DNA of 64,000 nucleotides from NCBI GenBank assembly GCA_047605325.1, contig JASGFX010000004.1, positions 14,957 to 78,956 on the forward strand, written 5' to 3'. Positions 59,283-64,000 of the stretch are shown here, in pieces. The stretch comes from Solirubrobacterales bacterium. GTDB lineage: Bacteria; Actinomycetota; Thermoleophilia; Solirubrobacterales; JACPNS01. Every line of letters begins with the position of its first letter. The first letter of the stretch is position 1. The position numbers and the translations under genes are program-made. The notes beneath the pieces are model-generated. The model saw only the letters and a program-made list of their open reading frames with translations, did not search any database and had not been told where the DNA came from.

Positions 59283-60201
59283 CGGCCGTGGCTGTCGTAT
59301 AGGGAAGCCCGTCGGAGTGCACCTCCGCGGATTCGGACATACCCAGCACGAGACCGTCGCCCGCGACCACAGGCTGGTTGATGTCGACGAAGCACGTCGC
59401 AGTGTCGCCGGCCGACAACAGCCACCCGAGAAACATCGTGCAGCTGCCCAACGCCGCCGAAGGTGAACCGCTCGAAAACACGCCAGTCGTCGAATAGAGC
59501 GTGAACGACACGACAGGCGGATATTCGAAGAAATGCATCTGGTTCACCACCATCGACACTCGCAGTGACTTGATCGTGACGTCGCCCGGCGTCTGCTGGA
59601 TGACGCTGTTCCAGTTCGGGTCGTCTGCATTGCCGATGCCCGACACGGGAAGCCAGTCGGGAAGAGAGCCCAGTCCGATGGTGAGAGAGGATGCTCCGCT
59701 GTTGGCGAGCAGGACGCTGTTGCCCGGGGCGCCGTCTTCGCCGTCAGCGCCGTCAGCGCCCGAGGGGCCTGTCGCACCGGTTGCGCCCGTGGCACCCGGG
59801 GCGCCGTCGGTTCCGGGAAGGCCGGCGGCGCCGGTCGCGCCCTTCGTGCCGGCCGGGCCCGTTGCGCCCGTGGCACCGGCGGCGCCGGTCGCGCCCATGG
59901 CGCCGTCCACCCCGTTCACGCCGGCCGCGCCGTTGGCTCCGTTCATGCCGTTGGCTCCGTTCGCGCCATTTGCGCCATCGATGCCGGCGGCATTCCAAGC
60001 GATCTTCTTCGCGCCCTTCGGGCACTTCTTGCTCTGGCTCGAAAGTGTGATCACGCTGGTCTTCTTGGCGACGCAGGCATAGATCACAGCCGCGCCCGCG
60101 CGGTCAGCTGAAAGAGCGCCCAGCAGCAACGTCGCGACGGTAAGAACGAGAATGGCGGCGAGGGCGCGAACGCCCACACGCGAGGGGATCGATGAAGTCA
60201 T
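59269..60201 (-). CDS. secreted collagen-like triple-helix repeat protein with a globular C-terminal domain
   Basis: Trimmed to the ATG at 60201 ([29 protein letters not shown]). There are 29 uninterrupted G-X-Y triplets (about 59722-59985), followed by an about-150-aa non-repetitive domain. Confidence 0.8.
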   Translation of the reverse strand: MTSSIPSRVGVRALAAILVLTVATLLLGALSADRAGAAVIYACVAKKTSVITLSSQSKKCPKGAKKIAWNAAGIDGANGANGANGMNGANGAAGVNGVDGAMGATGAAGATGATGPAGTKGATGAAGLPGTDGAPGATGATGATGPSGADGADGEDGAPGNSVLLANSGASSLTIGLGSLPDWLPVSGIGNADDPNWNSVIQQTPGDVTIKSLRVSMVVNQMHFFEYPPVVSFTLYSTTGVFSSGSPSAALGSCTMFLGWLLSAGDTATCFVDINQPVVAGDGLVLGMSESAEVHSDGLPYTTATAVRYE

Positions 60202-60284
60202 CGGGCCAGCGTAGAGCCAGCCGGAGCGGCCGACCGCAAGAAAGCGCCGTGAGTCCAGACGAGCCAGAACGGCGATCCCCATTT

Positions 60285-60345
60285 CAAGGGCGATTCTCTC
60301 CAAAGTCTGCGCTAGAAGCGCAGACTTTGGACGATTTCCCGCTTG
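60285..60345. repeat. palindromic REP-like element, copy 2
   Basis: Perfect 13-bp stem CCAAAGTCTGCGC (60300-60312) / GCGCAGACTTTGG (60318-60330). It is flanked by imperfect arms CAAGGGCGATTCTCT / GACGATTTCCCGCTTG. It shares the GTCTGCGC..GCGCAGAC core and the CAAGGGCGATT / AAATC..CGCTTG arms with copy 1, in inverted orientation. Confidence 0.65.
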
Positions 60346-60411
60346 CGAGCGGGTAGGCCGGATTCACGCCAGAAAGACGAAAACCCCGCTGGATCAGCGA
60401 GGTTTGCGTAG

Positions 60412-60484
60412 TACCGCCACGGGGATTCGAACCCCGGTTTCCGCCGTGAGAGGGCGGCGTCCTAGTCCCCTAGACGATGGCGGC
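60412..60484 (-). tRNA. tRNA-Glu (anticodon CUC)
   Basis: Minus strand reads GCCGCCATCGTCTAGGGGACTAGGACGCCGCCCTCTCACGGCGGAAACCGGGGTTCGAATCCCCGTGGCGGTA. It folds as a cloverleaf with T-loop GGTTCGAATCC and anticodon loop C-U-CUC-A-C. The acceptor stem has 7 bp, with a G1-U72 wobble. CCA is not encoded. Confidence 0.85.
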
Positions 60485-60541
60485 AGGATGCATGCAGGCT
60501 AGCAAGTGGGGCATGTCCGGCTATGTCGCGCGGCAGCGCGT

Positions 60542-60606
60542 AAACAAGCGGCAAATCTTCCCACGGACCACCCCGCGGGACGGCCGGTGGGAAGATTTGC
60601 CGCTTG
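60542..60606. repeat. palindromic REP-like element, copy 3
   Basis: Perfect 20-bp inverted repeat CAAGCGGCAAATCTTCCCAC (60545-60564) / GTGGGAAGATTTGCCGCTTG (60587-60606). The left arm AAACAAGCGGCAAATCTTCC matches copy 1 at 19 of 20 positions. Confidence 0.7.
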
Positions 60607-60656
60607 CCGCCGCCCACCTGACCACCAAAACGCTCGCACGCGATTCAATAGATCAC

Positions 60657-61424
60657 ATGAGCAGCTTCAACCTCGGCGGCGAGATCGCCATCTCGCGGAT
60701 CGGACTCGGCACCAACCGCATCGATGAAGAGCCCGAGTCGGCGGTGATCCTCGAGGCCGCGCTCGATCGCGGCATCAACTTCATCGACACGGCCGACATC
60801 TACACCGGCGGTACCAGCGAGCGCGTCATCGGGGCGACGATCGGCAGCGACCCGCGGGCGTACATCGCCACGAAGGGCGGTTACCACGGCGCCGAGCCCG
60901 AGAAGATCGCCGCCGCGATCGACGCCAGCCTCGTCCGCCTCGGCAGGGACACGATCGACCTCTATTACCTGCACAAGCCCCACCCAACGATCCCGATCGA
61001 GCAGTCGGTCGATCCGATCGTCTCGGCAAGGGCCGATGGGCGCGTGCGACTGATCGGCCTTTCGAACGTCTCGATCGACCAGATCGACCGCGTGCGCAAG
61101 CTCACCCCCGTCGCCGCCGTGCAGAACATCTACAACTGCGAGAACCAGGACAACGAGGACGTGATCGACTACTGCGAGCGCAACTCGATCGCGTTCGTCC
61201 CCTACTTCCCGCTGCGCGGAGCTGAACGCGCGCAGAAGATCGCCGATCGCCTCGGGGCGACGCGCACGCAAGTCGTGATCGCGGCGATGCTGGCCCGCTC
61301 TCCGGTGGTCACCCCCATCCCCGGGACAAGAAACGTCGCGCACCTCGAATCGAATCTCGCGGCGCAGAACCTCACGATCACCAGCGCTGACCTCGAAGCA
61401 CTCGGCTTCGGCTCACGGGCCTGA
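60657..61424 (+). CDS. aldo/keto reductase
   Basis: Trimmed to the ATG at 60657, since the listed N-terminal extension runs through the repeat and the tRNA region. Contains GLGTNRI..ALDRGINFIDTADIY..SERVIG and GLSNVS motifs. Confidence 0.82.
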   Translation: MSSFNLGGEIAISRIGLGTNRIDEEPESAVILEAALDRGINFIDTADIYTGGTSERVIGATIGSDPRAYIATKGGYHGAEPEKIAAAIDASLVRLGRDTIDLYYLHKPHPTIPIEQSVDPIVSARADGRVRLIGLSNVSIDQIDRVRKLTPVAAVQNIYNCENQDNEDVIDYCERNSIAFVPYFPLRGAERAQKIADRLGATRTQVVIAAMLARSPVVTPIPGTRNVAHLESNLAAQNLTITSADLEALGFGSRA

Positions 61425-63341
61425 GACGAGCCCACTCGGCCTGCGCTCAAGGATCATCATCTGCGGGTACGTCGCGGCATCGTCCTCCCCCACGTAGCGC
61501 GCACCGAGCGACTTGGCCAGTTCGAAGTACTGCGAGTCGGCGATCACGACGGCGTCGAGATCGAGCGTGCCCAGCACGTTCGCGTCGAGATCGAATGGCG
61601 TCAGCTTCACCACCGTTCGCCTTAGGTGCGGCCCGAACAGCACGTACTCCTGCGCATCCTGCGTGCCGACAAACCCGACGCGGCCGTCCTCGGGCAACAC
61701 CTGGTCGAGCTCGCGAATCTTGCCGGCGAACCCGGGAAGCTGCGCCCCCATCTGCACGGTTCGCGTCGCGCTGATCAGGTCCGGATTCGAGAACGACTTC
61801 AACTGGCCGCCGAAGGCCATCGGCAGGGCGCTACACGCGACCAGCAGCACGATCAACGCCCGCACGATTCCGCGTCGCATCAACGCAGCCGTGAGCGGCG
61901 CCGCAGCGAATGCGCAGGGCATCAGAAAGCGCGCGATCCAGATGTTCGAGCGCAGGGTCGCCACGATCGCGAAGAACCCGACAGTCGCAAAACATGCGAG
62001 AGCGAACGCCTCGCGGCGACCTGGCCTCGCGAGTGCCAGCAGAACCGCGATCAGCAGGACCAGTCCGAGCAGTCCGATCCCGACCTTGTCCTCGACCCGT
62101 GAATGGCCCATCGTCGGCGAGAACACCTGGTAGAAAACCGAGTCCGGCGGCGAGGTGGTCCATCCGAAGAGATGCGTACCGACCGAGTTCACGCTGTCGT
62201 CGATCCAGCTGAACCGATCGCTCGGCATGTCGAACGTCGCCAGCCACGAGATCCGTGCGAAGTTCTTCGGCAGCTCAGTCGCCGAATGCACGCGCAGCTC
62301 GTCCGACCCCGGTGACGCGGTGAGGCTTCCGGTGTGCCAGACGTTCTGCGCGTAGTTGAAGCTCGAAAGAAGAATCACGGCGACGATCGCGGCGGTCACG
62401 GGCGGTGTCAACCGCCTCCACTCGCGGCCGGCGAGTACGGCGCCGGCGACGATGAACGCGGGCAGCATCGGCAGCGCCACCGACTTGGTGCCGATCGCCA
62501 GCGCGAGCGACGTCGCGAAAAGAATCGAGTGGAGCAGGCTCTTCGCACGGATCGCTGGGATCAGAAACAGCACGGCGGCGATCGTGAAGAAGGCGAAGAT
62601 CAGGTCGTTCTGGGCGCTGCTCGCCTCACCGACGACGATCGGGAATCCGGCGGCGACGGTCCCGGCGATGAACGCTCGATTCACAGGCTGCCCGAGCCGA
62701 CGCGCGATCACGTAGACCGCCGCGACCGCCCCGAGGCCGCAGGTCCATTGCACGAGCTGCACCGTGCGGTCGCCGTGCGCGAGCATCATCGCCCAGGCCT
62801 GAAGCACTTCGCCGTTGATCGGGAACGCGGCCTGGCGCTCCGTCGCGCCGAAGAACCACGCGACGGAGTGGAACTGGATCCAATACGCCGCGCGGGTCAG
62901 GTGGTAGGCCAGCGCATCGAAACCGTTCGGCGCGACGGCCACCGCCGCGATCAACTCTGCGAGCAAGACCACGACGAGCAGCGCCCCAGCCGACACGAAG
63001 GTCGCTCTGCCGTCGACCTCTCCCCAGATCCGTCGCGCGCTCCCGAGCGGGACCCGGGCGGCGGCGCGCAACTCAGGCGCCGCATACGGCCGGCACCGGT
63101 GCGACCAGGCCACCGAACCGATGGCCGCGATCATCAAGAAGATCAGCCCCCACGACCAACTGAATCCATGCAGGAGCGAGAGCAGCTCGGCGACCAGCAC
63201 CAGTTCGGCCGCGGCGATCACCAACGCCGCGACGAAATTCTCCGCGGCCCGTCCGGCCGGGAAGAGGCGCAGCACGGCGTGGACCGTCGCGAAAAGCGCG
63301 AGGCCGGCGAGCAAGGTGAGCATGAAGCCGAGAAAGGTCAC
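61413..63341 (-). CDS. large polytopic membrane protein, putative GT-C-fold glycosyltransferase
   Basis: 642 aa with more than 12 TM helices. Architecture resembles ArnT/PMT-like enzymes, but no soluble catalytic motif is recognisable by eye. Confidence 0.4.
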   Translation of the reverse strand: MTFLGFMLTLLAGLALFATVHAVLRLFPAGRAAENFVAALVIAAAELVLVAELLSLLHGFSWSWGLIFLMIAAIGSVAWSHRCRPYAAPELRAAARVPLGSARRIWGEVDGRATFVSAGALLVVVLLAELIAAVAVAPNGFDALAYHLTRAAYWIQFHSVAWFFGATERQAAFPINGEVLQAWAMMLAHGDRTVQLVQWTCGLGAVAAVYVIARRLGQPVNRAFIAGTVAAGFPIVVGEASSAQNDLIFAFFTIAAVLFLIPAIRAKSLLHSILFATSLALAIGTKSVALPMLPAFIVAGAVLAGREWRRLTPPVTAAIVAVILLSSFNYAQNVWHTGSLTASPGSDELRVHSATELPKNFARISWLATFDMPSDRFSWIDDSVNSVGTHLFGWTTSPPDSVFYQVFSPTMGHSRVEDKVGIGLLGLVLLIAVLLALARPGRREAFALACFATVGFFAIVATLRSNIWIARFLMPCAFAAAPLTAALMRRGIVRALIVLLVACSALPMAFGGQLKSFSNPDLISATRTVQMGAQLPGFAGKIRELDQVLPEDGRVGFVGTQDAQEYVLFGPHLRRTVVKLTPFDLDANVLGTLDLDAVVIADSQYFELAKSLGARYVGEDDAATYPQMMILERRPSGLVSGP

Positions 63342-63348
63342 GCGGGAC

Positions 63349-64000
63349 TCAGCGCACGCCGTTGAGCTTGTCTACGACCTTGAAGAGATCGCCGACGCGG
63401 TAGAAGTCGACGGCCACCATGTTCGGGAAGTGCGCGCGCTCTTTCCGGCAGCGCTCCACTCGATCCCACAGGAAATCGAACGCGTTGACCCGGCGCGCGA
63501 CGCTCGGCCTGGGATTGGGCGGCGTGTCGACCCAGTGGTTGATCAGGAACATCGGATTCTCCGGCGAGCCGCGCTTCTCGTCACACGAGCTCGGCGCGGC
63601 AAGCGAGGCGATCGTCGGGAAATTGAACGGGGTCTCCTGGAAGAACTCGTATACGTTGTGCATCCAGGGCACGTCGGGCCGGGCGTTCTCTGTCAGGAGC
63701 AGCACGCGGCGATTGCTGCCGATCATCTCGTCGAGCTTGGGCAGCTCGCCGCTCCACGGACCGCGATAGCCGTACTTGGCGATCCCGCTGGCCTGCAGCT
63801 CTTCTGCGATCGACTGCCATGGGGCGTAGTCCTCGAAGACGATCGAGATCACCTCACGTGGATTGGCTTTGAGGAAGTCCTCGATCTCCCCGAGCGCGTC
63901 GGCGAATTTCGTGGCACCGAGCTCACAGAATCCATGGCACAGGTACAGCTGCGGCGCGACACCCTGCGGACGCGAGAGCGAGCGGCGCACGCGATCGGCC
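63349..64000 (-). CDS. PLC-like phosphodiesterase (PI-PLC X-domain-like), probably truncated by the window edge
   Basis: The frame stays open to position 64000. Contains LYLCHG..LGEIEDFLKANPREVISIVFEDY and C-terminal VAVDFY, as in bacterial PI-PLC-X-like TIM-barrel proteins. Confidence 0.55.
   Translation of the reverse strand, partial: ADRVRRSLSRPQGVAPQLYLCHGFCELGATKFADALGEIEDFLKANPREVISIVFEDYAPWQSIAEELQASGIAKYGYRGPWSGELPKLDEMIGSNRRVLLLTENARPDVPWMHNVYEFFQETPFNFPTIASLAAPSSCDEKRGSPENPMFLINHWVDTPPNPRPSVARRVNAFDFLWDRVERCRKERAHFPNMVAVDFYRVGDLFKVVDKLNGVR

Noticed and set aside
59722-59985. Highly repetitive DNA that could be mistaken for a CRISPR or tandem-repeat array
   Set aside because: The periodicity is 9 nt/3 codons within an open reading frame encoding G-X-Y triplets. 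There is no repeat-spacer organisation.
60412-60484. Concern that the tRNA-Glu call is a pseudogene because of a G1-U72 pair
   Set aside because: All four stems, the T-loop and the 7-nt anticodon loop with U33 and A37 are intact. A terminal wobble alone does not justify a pseudogene call. tRNAscan-SE would confirm.

Overview
This is a high-GC, actinobacterial-type chromosomal segment that is almost fully coding. A hand count gives about 72% G+C at 20041-20100. No ftsA lies between ftsQ and ftsZ, which fits Actinobacteria. Its core is one long minus-strand array (25.6 kb down to 3.7 kb): mraZ-rsmH-ftsL-ftsI-murE-murF-mraY-murD-ftsW-murG-murC-murB-ftsQ-ftsZ. That array runs without a break into an APH-like kinase gene and the glycine cleavage genes gcvT-H-PA-PB. 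Further right are a Tad/Flp-type pilus module with an embedded two-component system, a catalytically degenerate Rho-like gene next to folP, and central-metabolism genes (glpD, monomeric icd). These are followed by a dual degenerate GGDEF protein, an RpoD-like sigma factor with a 470-nt upstream region, and a cobalamin-riboswitch-controlled ECF transporter operon carrying two DUF4430 (transcobalamin-like) proteins. The remainder holds ion transporters (CPA2, Kup), three large GT-C-like membrane proteins, a collagen-like secreted protein, tRNA-Glu(CUC) and a small palindromic repeat family. The most unusual part is the left edge (1-3690). This visibly lower-GC island (48-63% in hand samples) contains a defence-type SIR2 gene coupled to a TehB-like methyltransferase. 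Divergent from that pair is a Dam methylase translationally coupled to a HARE-HTH/Nudix/P-loop-kinase fusion. I propose it as a candidate uncharacterised NAD-linked defence or epigenetic module. I found no CRISPR array, rRNA, transposase or integrase. Many long ORFs in the supplied track are alternative-frame artefacts of the high GC content. Several listed ORFs also carry spurious N-terminal extensions, which I trimmed.
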